A stretch of 64,000 nt of DNA from positions 5,216,001-5,280,000 of the forward strand of contig OZ245046.1 of the NCBI GenBank assembly GCA_965224245.1, in the 5' to 3' direction. The DNA comes from Candidatus Eiseniibacteriota bacterium (GTDB taxonomy: Bacteria > Eisenbacteria > RBG-16-71-46 > CAZAMP01). Shown one piece after another: positions 20,718 to 29,483 of this stretch; position 1 is the stretch's first letter, and each line of letters opens with the position of its first letter. Made by a program: the position numbers and the translations under genes. The notes under the pieces were generated by a model. That model was given only the letters and a program-made list of their open reading frames with translations, made no database searches and had not been told where the DNA came from.

Positions 20718-21065
20718 TCACATGAGGCGCAGGCCGCAATCGGGACACTCCTCGGTGCCCGACGGAGATCGATGCTGGCACGCGGGACACGTGATCTCCG
20801 GTGCGTCGTGATCGATGAACGCGGCCGCCGCGGCGCGCTCCTCCTCGGAGGCCTGCTCGAGCCAGTCCGACTCGATGAGCGACATGGCCGACTGTGCGTC
20901 GTGGCTCGCGACCGCGAGCCAGACCTTGGTGCCTCAGGAGTTCGCGGCCGACGGCGGGGCGACCAGCTCCGCGTCGACGCCGGCGCCCCGGAGGCGGGCT
21001 CGGATCGGCTTCAGATCGGGCAGGCGCCCTTCCAGCAACACGACGATTTCCGGCTCTTCGGTCAC
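20718..21065 (-). CDS. Candidate selenoprotein, 115 aa, Sec at codon 44, C-terminal zinc ribbon
   Basis: GAGGA RBS with GTG at 21065. Translation: MTEEPEIVVLLEGRLPDLKPIRARLRGAGVDAELVAPPSAANS-U-GTKVWLAVASHDAQSAMSLIESDWLEQASEEERAAAAAFIDHDAPEITCPACQHRSPSGTEECPDCGLRLM. TGA at 20936-20934 is followed by a SECIS-like hairpin. Confidence 0.82.
20898..20924 (-). promoter_or_regulatory. Bacterial SECIS-like hairpin
   Basis: Minus strand reads UGA-GGCACCAAG-GUC-UGGCUCGC-[GGUC]-GCGAGCCA-C-GAC: a perfect 8-bp upper stem, a bulged C and a 3-bp lower stem. The loop starts 21 nt after the UGA. Confidence 0.78.
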
Positions 21066-21192
21066 GATGAGATCCTCATGAAACGCGGCGGCAAAAAGCG
21101 ACCCCACCTTCTCGAGGTGGGGTCGCGGGCCCCGATTGGTGCCTCCGGGACACTACCCCGGCCGGTCGACCGGCCCGGCCGGCAGCGGTCGA

Positions 21193-23121
21193 CTACCTCA
21201 GAATTGTAACCCGGATCGGCCGGTCCGTGACGGGATTCCCTCGGGCGTCCATCGGTCTCGCGAAGTACGTCCCCTGCGGCACGCGCCCGCCGATCTCGTT
21301 GCGCCCGTCCCACGTCCACGCCGCGCCGCCGACCGGGGGATCCAGCAGCGTTCGGACGAGGCGGCCCCGCACGTCGAAGACGTCGACGCGCGCGGCATCA
21401 GCGGGAGTCGTGATCGCGACCGTCGCACGAGACGGGTTCGGCCGCGCGCTCGCGACGACGTCCGCGACGCGGGCCACTGTCTCGTGCAGCGAGGATCGGC
21501 CGGAGCCCCCGCCGGTCAGGTCGTACTCGAACTGCCAGACGAGCCCGCCGGCCTCGGGCGCGGCCGCGTCCTCGGTCCACTGGAGCGCGTCGACGTACAT
21601 CGACAGCGCGGGTTCGATGTACACGAGGCTCGGGATCGAGTCGTAGAACAGGTTGGTCAGTCCCGTGAAGCCCCAGATCATGTCGGTTCGGTTGGCCACG
21701 GGATCGGAGATGTTTGACGGGAACATCCGGCCGACCTCGAACGGGATCATCTGATCGGCCAGCCACTGCGCGGCACGCAGGAAGCCGAGGCCGTGATTGA
21801 CGTCGCCGGTCACGTCGTACGCGTCGCCGAGGAAGTTCATCGGTCCGATGTGCCCGACGCACCAGTTCGTCCAGTCGAAGTGCGCGGTCCAGTCTAGCGT
21901 CCCGGCCGGCGTGTCGGTGTTCCCCTCGTGCAGCACGTAGTTGGCGGCGCCCTCGACGAACTCGAGGTAGCGGGCGTCGCCCCACGCCTCGTAGGCCGAG
22001 AGGAACGCGCGTCCGATCCCGGCGGCGCCGTTGCCGGTGATCACCGAGTAGGTCTCGGTGCCCGGCGCGACGTCCTCGCGACCCGGCCAGCGATACGCCG
22101 GCTGATACGGCGATTCGGGGACCTCCTCGGACATGTTGATCAGGTACTTCAGGGCGCTCCGGGCCAGCATCTCGTACTCCGGGTCGTCCCAGGTGATCGC
22201 CATCTCGATCAGGAACTCGGCGATGCCCGAGACGCCGGCGCAGAACGACGTGCCGTAATAGCCGCTCAGCATCGGGGAGAACACGCCCCACTTGAGGCCC
22301 CCGTTCCCGTCGTCCTCGGCGAGCTCGAGATAGCTCTGGGCCACGCAGCGTACGACGTTCTCGGCCTCCGCGCTGCCGGTGGCCCGGAACACCTCGACCG
22401 CGCCGCGGCCCACCGCGGCCACCCCGTAGGAGCCGATGTTGTAGAAGTGCGGGTGCTGGAACAGCTCGAAGAACACGCACCCCTCGGCGTCCGCGTACTC
22501 GGGGAACCACGTGGCGAAGTAGCTGAGCGGCACCTTCACCGCGTCGAGCCACACCATCGCGTCGTCGGCCATGTCCCGGTAGGCATCGGCCTGGGCGGTG
22601 GAGCCGCCGGCGGCCAGGACGCGGAGATAGCCCTCGGCGAACGCCATCGCGTTCCACGCGGTGGACGCCTTGGCGATCTGCTCGTAGTAGGGCGTGGCGT
22701 TCTCCCAGCCCGGCCACGCGTGCCCACCCTCGGGCTGGGGCTGCGCACGCGTCGCCATCCAGTCCAGTGCCCCGGTCCAGTACGTGTCGCTTCCGACGTA
22801 GTTCGCATCCATGAAGAGCTGGGCCACCGCGCCCATGCTGACGATCCCGTGCGCGCGCCACTGGGTGTAGTCGGTCTCGTCGTCGGGCAGGCTGCTCGGG
22901 CTCGCGACCACGTCGACGCCCGTGATCGCCGTGTGCCCGGTCGATTCCTGATACGCGCGAATGGCGGTCTCGATCTCCTTGGGGATCGGGGCGTGAGGCA
23001 CGTTGGCGCAGTCGGTCGCGGGCGATGGTCCGATGCCACACGCGATCGCGACACCGGTGGTGATCACGACCAGCCCGGCGGGTGTCAGCGTGGACCACAG
23101 CGCAAAATGGGTTCGACGCAT
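21193..23121 (-). CDS. Secreted LanC-like (alpha/alpha toroid) protein with C-terminal FlgD-Ig-like domain
   Basis: Hydrophobic N-terminus, repeated GxxG helix motifs (FCAGVSGI, GNGAAGIG, WCVGHIG, IWGFTG), C-terminal RPNP..DVRGRLV..WDGRNE..GTYF. Confidence 0.75.
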   Translation of the reverse strand: MRRTHFALWSTLTPAGLVVITTGVAIACGIGPSPATDCANVPHAPIPKEIETAIRAYQESTGHTAITGVDVVASPSSLPDDETDYTQWRAHGIVSMGAVAQLFMDANYVGSDTYWTGALDWMATRAQPQPEGGHAWPGWENATPYYEQIAKASTAWNAMAFAEGYLRVLAAGGSTAQADAYRDMADDAMVWLDAVKVPLSYFATWFPEYADAEGCVFFELFQHPHFYNIGSYGVAAVGRGAVEVFRATGSAEAENVVRCVAQSYLELAEDDGNGGLKWGVFSPMLSGYYGTSFCAGVSGIAEFLIEMAITWDDPEYEMLARSALKYLINMSEEVPESPYQPAYRWPGREDVAPGTETYSVITGNGAAGIGRAFLSAYEAWGDARYLEFVEGAANYVLHEGNTDTPAGTLDWTAHFDWTNWCVGHIGPMNFLGDAYDVTGDVNHGLGFLRAAQWLADQMIPFEVGRMFPSNISDPVANRTDMIWGFTGLTNLFYDSIPSLVYIEPALSMYVDALQWTEDAAAPEAGGLVWQFEYDLTGGGSGRSSLHETVARVADVVASARPNPSRATVAITTPADAARVDVFDVRGRLVRTLLDPPVGGAAWTWDGRNEIGGRVPQGTYFARPMDARGNPVTDRPIRVTILR

Positions 23122-23441
23122 GGCGGTACTCCCTCATCGCGGGATGGACCGGGACGCGCTCCGGATCGGGCACGCCACCGGTCGTCCTGGCGCTCGGTCG
23201 AGTCGCGGCGATGCGCGCGCTCGGGCCGAGAGCACGAATGATCCGGTCATGGTGCGGGCGAGCATTGCTCTCGGAGCGAAGGCGGGCGAACGCCGGATAC
23301 TGTCCACCGCCGGGCGCTCACGCGGCGGTGCGAGCGGGACGGGACCGGACGGGTGTCGTTCGATGCTCCGAGATCGGGATTATCGCACGAGGGCCCCGAG
23401 CGGACAACGAGAAGGCGTCGGCGTCGTACGGATGGCCTCGA

Positions 23442-24248
23442 TCAACGTCGACGTCGGCGCTTGGGTGTCTCCTCCGTCTCGTCGTCGTCGTCGTTCTCGT
23501 CCACGAACACCGGGCCATACCCCTCGCGCACGATCGTGAGGCCGCCCGTGGACTGATGCACCCGGAGGTAGGACCGATCCGCGGCGGACACCGTGAAGTC
23601 GAGCTCCACGTCGTCGATCCCCACCACGAACGAGAGCGTCTCGACGTCGGCGCCGTTCAGCTGTCCGGTAGCGGCGGTGACGCCGGGCTTGACCTCGATC
23701 TCGGTGGCGTGCGGAGGGCCGAGCTCGGCGACCGGGAACGTGCGGGACGAGGACGGATCGTCGAACCAGCCCGACCGCTCGAGTCGCCGGAGAAAGATGC
23801 TCGCGTGCTGGCACATGAAGCGATTGCTGATGATGGCGTCCTCGGGCATCTCGATTGTCATGTTCATCGACTGTCCGCCCATCGTGGCCTCGATGGCGAG
23901 CGAATCGCCGTCGCGCTTGCCGATCACACGGACGGGCGTGGTCTGGCCCGCGCGGGTGATGTCGCCGTTCACGTCGATGCCCTGCACGACCAGGCCGTCG
24001 CCGCTGACGACGGTGCGAGCCGTCGAGGACACCTTCGTCCCCGACATGTCCGCCTCGATCTTGCTCTTGTAGACCTCCTCACCTTCGGCGGTCTTCGCCA
24101 GGCTGACGGTCTCCACGCCGACGCTGTCCTGCCCGACGTACATGATGTAGCTGGTCCGGACGGCCTGCGCGTGCGCCGGGAGAGACGTCACGGACATCAG
24201 GGGTGCCAGCGCGGCGGTGAGCACCAGGAGGACTGCGGTCGTGTTCAT
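23442..24248 (-). CDS. Secreted hypothetical protein (beta-rich)
   Basis: GGAG RBS, signal peptide ending AHA-Q, coding-like codon bias, acidic then basic C-terminal tail. Confidence 0.75.
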   Translation of the reverse strand: MNTTAVLLVLTAALAPLMSVTSLPAHAQAVRTSYIMYVGQDSVGVETVSLAKTAEGEEVYKSKIEADMSGTKVSSTARTVVSGDGLVVQGIDVNGDITRAGQTTPVRVIGKRDGDSLAIEATMGGQSMNMTIEMPEDAIISNRFMCQHASIFLRRLERSGWFDDPSSSRTFPVAELGPPHATEIEVKPGVTAATGQLNGADVETLSFVVGIDDVELDFTVSAADRSYLRVHQSTGGLTIVREGYGPVFVDENDDDDETEETPKRRRRR

Positions 24249-24743
24249 GTCGGTCTCCAGGGATCGGGACACGTTCGAGGATCGACGGAGTGTACCGCCC
24301 CGCGCGACGTACATTCACCCGCGACCGGAATTCGTCTTGATTCCGTGGTGGTCGGCGTTCGAGCATGACCGGACGGCGTTCGGGGCCTGTCGCTCCGATG
24401 CCACACTACACCATGGTGGGCGATATCATGGTGGGCGATGGGGCGCGGCGTACGCTGGCGGCTCGCTCGCGGGCAGGGCTCGACGTCGTCCCCGATGTGT
24501 GCCACTGCCGTGTACACGCGACCACCGGGCCTGCCCGCGCGATGCGCGGGCGACCATGCGGCCTTCCCGTCCCGTTCGTGGGGGTGACGTGTCCGATCGA
24601 CGTGATCTGGTGGTCGACACGTCCCCCGAGAGCGCCGAAGCGTGTGCCGCTGCGATCCAACGACGACTCGACACCGGTCCCCCGGGGGTCGCGTTTCACC
24701 GCCTGGTCCGCGGGTGAATCTGTCGATGGGCGGAGGTGTTGCC

Positions 24744-25262
24744 GTGGATGTTCGAGCACTCGGGGACGAGGATCGATCACACGTGTGCGAGCGACTGACC
24801 GAGCGATGGGGATCGCCCGTGATCGTCTCCCGGGGTACCGTCCATCGTGCGGCGGAGCTGCCCGGATTCGTGGCCGTCGAGGGCGGGCGACTCGTCGGAG
24901 CCGCGCTCGTCTCCTGGACCGATCGCGAGTGCGAGATCGTCTCGCTGGACTCCTGGATGTCCGGTCTCGCCGTCGGAACGGCGCTGGTGGACGCAGTGCT
25001 GAGAGAGGCGGAGCGCACCCGGGTACGGCGCGTGTGGCTGGTGACGACCAACGACAACACGCGGGCGCTTCGCTTCCATCAGAAGGTCGGATTCCGACTG
25101 GTCGCCCTGCACGCCGACGCGATCGCGCGCTCGAGGATGCTCAAGCCCGAGATCCCCGACGTGGGGTGCGACGGCATTCCGATCCGGGACGAGATCGAGC
25201 TGGAGATCCGTCTCGACGCACGGTTGCCCCGAGCCCGCGCCGAACGACCGCCGACGAGTTGA
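24744..25262 (+). CDS. GNAT family acetyltransferase
   Basis: GGAGG RBS with GTG, EIVSLDS, VGTALV, WLVTTNDNTRALRFHQKVGF. Confidence 0.88.
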   Translation: MDVRALGDEDRSHVCERLTERWGSPVIVSRGTVHRAAELPGFVAVEGGRLVGAALVSWTDRECEIVSLDSWMSGLAVGTALVDAVLREAERTRVRRVWLVTTNDNTRALRFHQKVGFRLVALHADAIARSRMLKPEIPDVGCDGIPIRDEIELEIRLDARLPRARAERPPTS

Positions 25263-25329
25263 TGCGGGCGGGAACCCGAGCGTGTATAACCCTCGGAGAC
25301 TCGCTGAGACCCGCTGGGCGTCACCGCGC

Positions 25330-25980
25330 ATGCCACGGAGGGATCGGGACATCGCCAACCTGTCGGCCATGGAGTCGCTCGAGCGACTGCGAGAGGGAAA
25401 CCGGCGCTTCGTGCTCGGGACACCGTCGGACGAGCCCCTCACCCATCACATACGGCGGAGCGAGCTGGTGTCCGGCCAGGCGCCGTTCGCGATCATCCTC
25501 GGCTGCTCGGACTCGCGCGTCCCCGCCGAGCTCGTCTTCGATCAGGGGCTCGGCGATCTGTTCGTGATCCGGGTGGCCGGCAACGTCGTGGCGCCGTCCC
25601 AGGTGGGCAGCGTCGAGTTTGCCGCCGACCGGTTCGGCACGCGTCTCGTCGTCGTGCTGGGCCACTCCATGTGCGGCGCCGTCGAGTCGACGCTCGCGGA
25701 GCTGGCGCGCCCCTCGACCAGCCGCTCGCCGAACCTCCGCTCGATCGTCGATCGCATCCGGCCCGCGGTCGAGCCGCTCGTGGAGGCCGAGCTTCCCCGC
25801 GATCCCGCCGAGCTGATGACGGCCGCCGTTCGAGCGAACATCCGCGCGTCGGTCGATCATCTCCGACACGGATCGGAGATCCTCGAGCAGCTGATCCGCG
25901 ACGACGGTCTTCTCGTCGTGGGGGCCGAGTACTCGCTGGAGACCGGTAGGGTCGAGCTACTCGACGACGTCTCCGGCTGA
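25330..25980 (+). CDS. Beta-class carbonic anhydrase (start uncertain)
   Basis: GNRRF, GCSDSRV, RVAGN, GHSMCGAV. Confidence 0.93.
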   Translation: MPRRDRDIANLSAMESLERLREGNRRFVLGTPSDEPLTHHIRRSELVSGQAPFAIILGCSDSRVPAELVFDQGLGDLFVIRVAGNVVAPSQVGSVEFAADRFGTRLVVVLGHSMCGAVESTLAELARPSTSRSPNLRSIVDRIRPAVEPLVEAELPRDPAELMTAAVRANIRASVDHLRHGSEILEQLIRDDGLLVVGAEYSLETGRVELLDDVSG

Positions 25981-26071
25981 GCCGATCGAGCGTACCTGTG
26001 TCAGCCGAGCCGGGTCGCCGCCGCTGCCCTCCGCGGCGCGGCCCGGCGTGGACCTCACACCGGCGCCGCGG

Positions 26072-27079
26072 TCAGAGCGAGACCGTGCGGCCGGTCCCCG
26101 AGGCCAGAACAGCGGCCGCGACCGCGACGTCCTGCGCCGCCGTGCCGACGGAGTCGAAGAGCGTCAGCGCCCATCGATCGTCGGTCCCGGTATCGGGCGT
26201 CACGCCGCCCGACCCAGTCGCATCCGCGTTGCCGACGAGCAGGTCGCCCAGCGTGACCCATGTCGCCGGATCGGTCGCACCCACGGCGATGGCGGCGACC
26301 AGCTCGCCGGCCTCGGCTTCGGCTCCCTCGCGCGTGTCGACGACCACCCGTGAGCGCGCGACGGTCGCGACCTCGATCTCACGCATCGTGGGTCGAAAGC
26401 TCCCGAGCGCACAGATCACGCGGGCCGACTCGAGTGCGGCATCGGAGACGACGGGCGTTTCGGACGTGGTGGCGGTCACGACCACGTCGCACCCCTCCAC
26501 GCACGACGCGGCCGTCGGGGCCGCCTGGACCGACGTCGACGCCGTGGTCTCGGCGCGCTTCACGAACGCCGCCAGGCGGCACCGATCTCGGGCGTAGACG
26601 CGGATGTCGACGACGCCATCGATGGCGTCCAGCGCCGGGACCAGCGCCTCCGCGAGACCGCCCGCGCCGATCAGCGCGACGCGGGTGGGGTCGGGGGTCA
26701 GGGTCTCGATCGCCAGCGCGGCGGTGGCGGCGGTGCGCCACGCGGTCAGGAACGTGCCGTCCAGGATCGCCGACGGGACACCCGTGACCGGATCGATCGC
26801 GATCGCGAGACCGGACGTGGTCGGAATTCCACGGTCGCGGTTGCCGGGCACGACCGAGACGAGCTTGGCTCCCACCGCCCACGGAAGCACCGCCGGTTTG
26901 ACGAGGAGGTGGCCCGATCCCCCGGTCCCGGACGTACCCGGTAGCGGAAGGCTCAGACGGACCGGAACGGTGGCGCGGCCGCCAGACAGCGACTCGAACG
27001 CCGGCCGCACCGCGTCGATTGCCGCGCGCATCGGCAGCGCGCGGCGGATGTCGTCCGCGCCGAAGATCCGGAGCTCCAC
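26072..27079 (-). CDS. Ornithine cyclodeaminase/mu-crystallin family, probable delta1-pyrroline-2-carboxylate reductase
   Basis: KLVSVVPGN, LTAWRTAA, GAGGLA, DVVVTATTS, FDSVGTAAQD. Close to the Hyp cluster. Confidence 0.82.
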   Translation of the reverse strand: MELRIFGADDIRRALPMRAAIDAVRPAFESLSGGRATVPVRLSLPLPGTSGTGGSGHLLVKPAVLPWAVGAKLVSVVPGNRDRGIPTTSGLAIAIDPVTGVPSAILDGTFLTAWRTAATAALAIETLTPDPTRVALIGAGGLAEALVPALDAIDGVVDIRVYARDRCRLAAFVKRAETTASTSVQAAPTAASCVEGCDVVVTATTSETPVVSDAALESARVICALGSFRPTMREIEVATVARSRVVVDTREGAEAEAGELVAAIAVGATDPATWVTLGDLLVGNADATGSGGVTPDTGTDDRWALTLFDSVGTAAQDVAVAAAVLASGTGRTVSL

Positions 27080-27236
27080 TCCCGCCTCCCTCGGTCGTCG
27101 TCCACGAGCCACGGTCCATTCTGGACGCTCGGTGCGGTCGGCGCGAGTCCGTTCCGTGCAGGCGTGGAGAGGGACGGAGGAGAGAGTGCGGACCGCGCCG
27201 GGGCGCGGCCCGCGAGAGGGGTCTGGCCGTACCGCG

Positions 27237-28289
27237 CTAGTGAGATTCCGATGGGGTGACGACGTTCTCGGCGGCGTCCGTCGCGCCCCCGGCTGCCACC
27301 GCCTGCTCCTTCATGGCCGCGAGCTTCTCCTGGAGATTCTCGACGCGGACGTAGGTCGCGTGGTCGCGCGGGATCTCGTCGATGAGCAGCGGCGCCGAGC
27401 GTCCGTCGAACAGCTCGATCGATCCGTTGGCGTCCAGCTCGAGCGTGAGCCAGGCCACGTACTGACCGCGTGTGCCCGGGCGCACGACGATCGCGTCGCC
27501 AACCTGCGAGTGGGTCTGACGCAATCCGCCCTGGTGCGACATCAGCACCACGTCGATGCCCGGGACCTCGCCGAGGAGGCGCTCGATCTCGTCGACCTCC
27601 ATCCTGGCCAGCAGCACGACGACGTCGCAGCCCTGGACCTCGAGCTCGGCCAGGGTGCGGATGGCCGACTCCGTGACGTCGTCGGCGACCAGGCCGACGC
27701 CGTCCAGTGCGGCCTGCGAGCCGGCGAGCACGTTCGGGCTCATGAGCGAGAACACGCCGACCCGGGCATCGCCGACGTCACGCGTCAAGTACGGCCGGCC
27801 GACTCGCGCCCCCGACTCGGTCCTCAGGTTCGATTCGATCACGGATGGGAGCGTGGTCCCGTCGCTCAGCGGAGCAAACTCGGCGGCCTGGGTGTGGTGG
27901 AAGCTCCCGTCCGGACCCGCGGCCTGTGCGTTGATCTCACGCACACCGATCGACATGGCGTCGTATCCCATGTCGGCCATCGTCCGCACGATGAACCCGT
28001 TGGTGAGCGGGGCGGTCAGCGCCTGGCTCGAGGCCCAGTTGCCGCCGTCGATCACGAGCGTGCTCGCGCACTCGGCGCGTAGCGAGTCGATGAAGCCCGC
28101 TCGCCACGCCAGGCCGCCCTTGGGATCCTTCTTGCATCCACACTGGTCGATCTCGCCGTTCCCGTGCGCGGTGAAGATCAGCTGCACGGACGTCCGGCCG
28201 TCGGTGCCCGTGCAGGGCGCGGTCGCCGACGGTCCCGCCATCACCCCGAGCGCGACGATCGCGCCCAGTACTCCAAAACGAAGATGCAT
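27237..28289 (-). CDS. Secreted UshA/5'-nucleotidase-like metallophosphoesterase-fold protein with CGC motif
   Basis: Signal peptide, GEIDQCGCKKDPKGGLAWRA, VIDGGN, MGYDAMSIGVRE. Confidence 0.75.
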   Translation of the reverse strand: MHLRFGVLGAIVALGVMAGPSATAPCTGTDGRTSVQLIFTAHGNGEIDQCGCKKDPKGGLAWRAGFIDSLRAECASTLVIDGGNWASSQALTAPLTNGFIVRTMADMGYDAMSIGVREINAQAAGPDGSFHHTQAAEFAPLSDGTTLPSVIESNLRTESGARVGRPYLTRDVGDARVGVFSLMSPNVLAGSQAALDGVGLVADDVTESAIRTLAELEVQGCDVVVLLARMEVDEIERLLGEVPGIDVVLMSHQGGLRQTHSQVGDAIVVRPGTRGQYVAWLTLELDANGSIELFDGRSAPLLIDEIPRDHATYVRVENLQEKLAAMKEQAVAAGGATDAAENVVTPSESH

Positions 28290-28447
28290 CGATGCTCTCC
28301 TTGCCAAGTTCGCGTGTCGAGGTCCAACGCGAGCATTATCGGACATCTGCGACTTCTCGTGGGTAAAGGGTGGGTAAAGGGCGAGATGCGCCGGCGAGAG
28401 GTGTCGCGAACCCGGTACGTGACCGGTCGCGCTCGGCCACGGGATCG

Positions 28448-29479
28448 TCAGCGCAGCCTGAAGCCCCCGACCAGCGGATCCTGAGGATCGATCAGAAACG
28501 TGTGTCGGCCGGTGAGGTGCGCGGAGCCGCCAACCTCGGGGATGATCGCATCGATCTCTCCGAATGTGGTCGTCTGGAGAATACGTCCCTCGAAGACGCT
28601 GCCGATGATGCTCTCGATCGCGATGGTCGTGCCGACCTCGAGGTCGCCGCGGTGATGGAGGAGCGCGAGCCTCGCGCTGACGCTGGTGCCGGTGGGCGAC
28701 CGATCCACCTCGCCGTCGGCGAACACGCAGACGTTGCGCGAGTGACGAGCGCGATCCACCGGAGGTCCCACGAAGACGACGCCGTAGAGGAACGACAGGT
28801 CCGGCTCGACCGGATGGAGTACGGGGCGGTCCGCGATCACGGCGGTCTTGATCAGGCGTCCCAGGCGTGCGAGCTCGGAGGCATGATCGCGATCGAGTGG
28901 TACGCCGATGACCGACGCATTCACGTAGGCGTAGAAGGCGCCGCCGAACGCGAGGTCGTAGCCGACGCTTCCCACTCCCTCGACGTTCACGCGACAGTCC
29001 GTGTCGAGAACGAAGGATGGCACGTTCTGGAACGCGACGCGGGTGACCCGGCCGTCGTCAATCTGTGCCGTGGCCGTGACCAGGCCCGCGGGGGTGTCGA
29101 TCCGGAGTGTCGCCGGTGAGCCCGTCACCGGCCACATCCCGGTCTCGATGACGGCCGTCGTCACGCCGATGATGCCGTGACCACACATCGTGCTGAAGCC
29201 CTCGTTGTGCATGAACACGACGCCGAAGTCGGCCTCGTCGGAGACGGGGTCGGTGAGGAAGCACCCGTACATGTCCGCGTGTCCGCGCGGCTCGAGCATC
29301 AACGTCCGTCGCACGTGATCGAAGCGTGTCTCGGCGTCTCGACGGCGTTCGAGCATCGTCGCGCCCCGCAGCGAGGGCAGTCCGTCGACGACGACCCGAA
29401 ACGGCTCCCCGCCGGTGTGGGCGTCGATCGTGTCGATCCGGATGTGGGGTGGAAACGATCTGGGCGGCTGGAGCGGCAC
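28448..29479 (-). CDS. Proline racemase family, Cys/Thr type: trans-3-hydroxy-L-proline dehydratase
   Basis: HTGGEP, EPRGH, MCGHG, and DRSPTGT with Thr replacing the second catalytic Cys. Confidence 0.85.
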   Translation of the reverse strand: MPLQPPRSFPPHIRIDTIDAHTGGEPFRVVVDGLPSLRGATMLERRRDAETRFDHVRRTLMLEPRGHADMYGCFLTDPVSDEADFGVVFMHNEGFSTMCGHGIIGVTTAVIETGMWPVTGSPATLRIDTPAGLVTATAQIDDGRVTRVAFQNVPSFVLDTDCRVNVEGVGSVGYDLAFGGAFYAYVNASVIGVPLDRDHASELARLGRLIKTAVIADRPVLHPVEPDLSFLYGVVFVGPPVDRARHSRNVCVFADGEVDRSPTGTSVSARLALLHHRGDLEVGTTIAIESIIGSVFEGRILQTTTFGEIDAIIPEVGGSAHLTGRHTFLIDPQDPLVGGFRLR

Positions 29480-29483
29480 GCCG

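Noticed and set aside
20815-21081. Plus-strand ORFs over the 20.7-21.1 kb gap (20815..21081, 19743..21209)
   Set aside because: They have antisense-type composition. The minus-strand frame has the RBS, the codon bias and the CxxC pairs.
21193-23121. Lanthipeptide biosynthetic cluster
   Set aside because: No dehydratase, precursor peptide or transporter is present, and the protein appears to be secreted.
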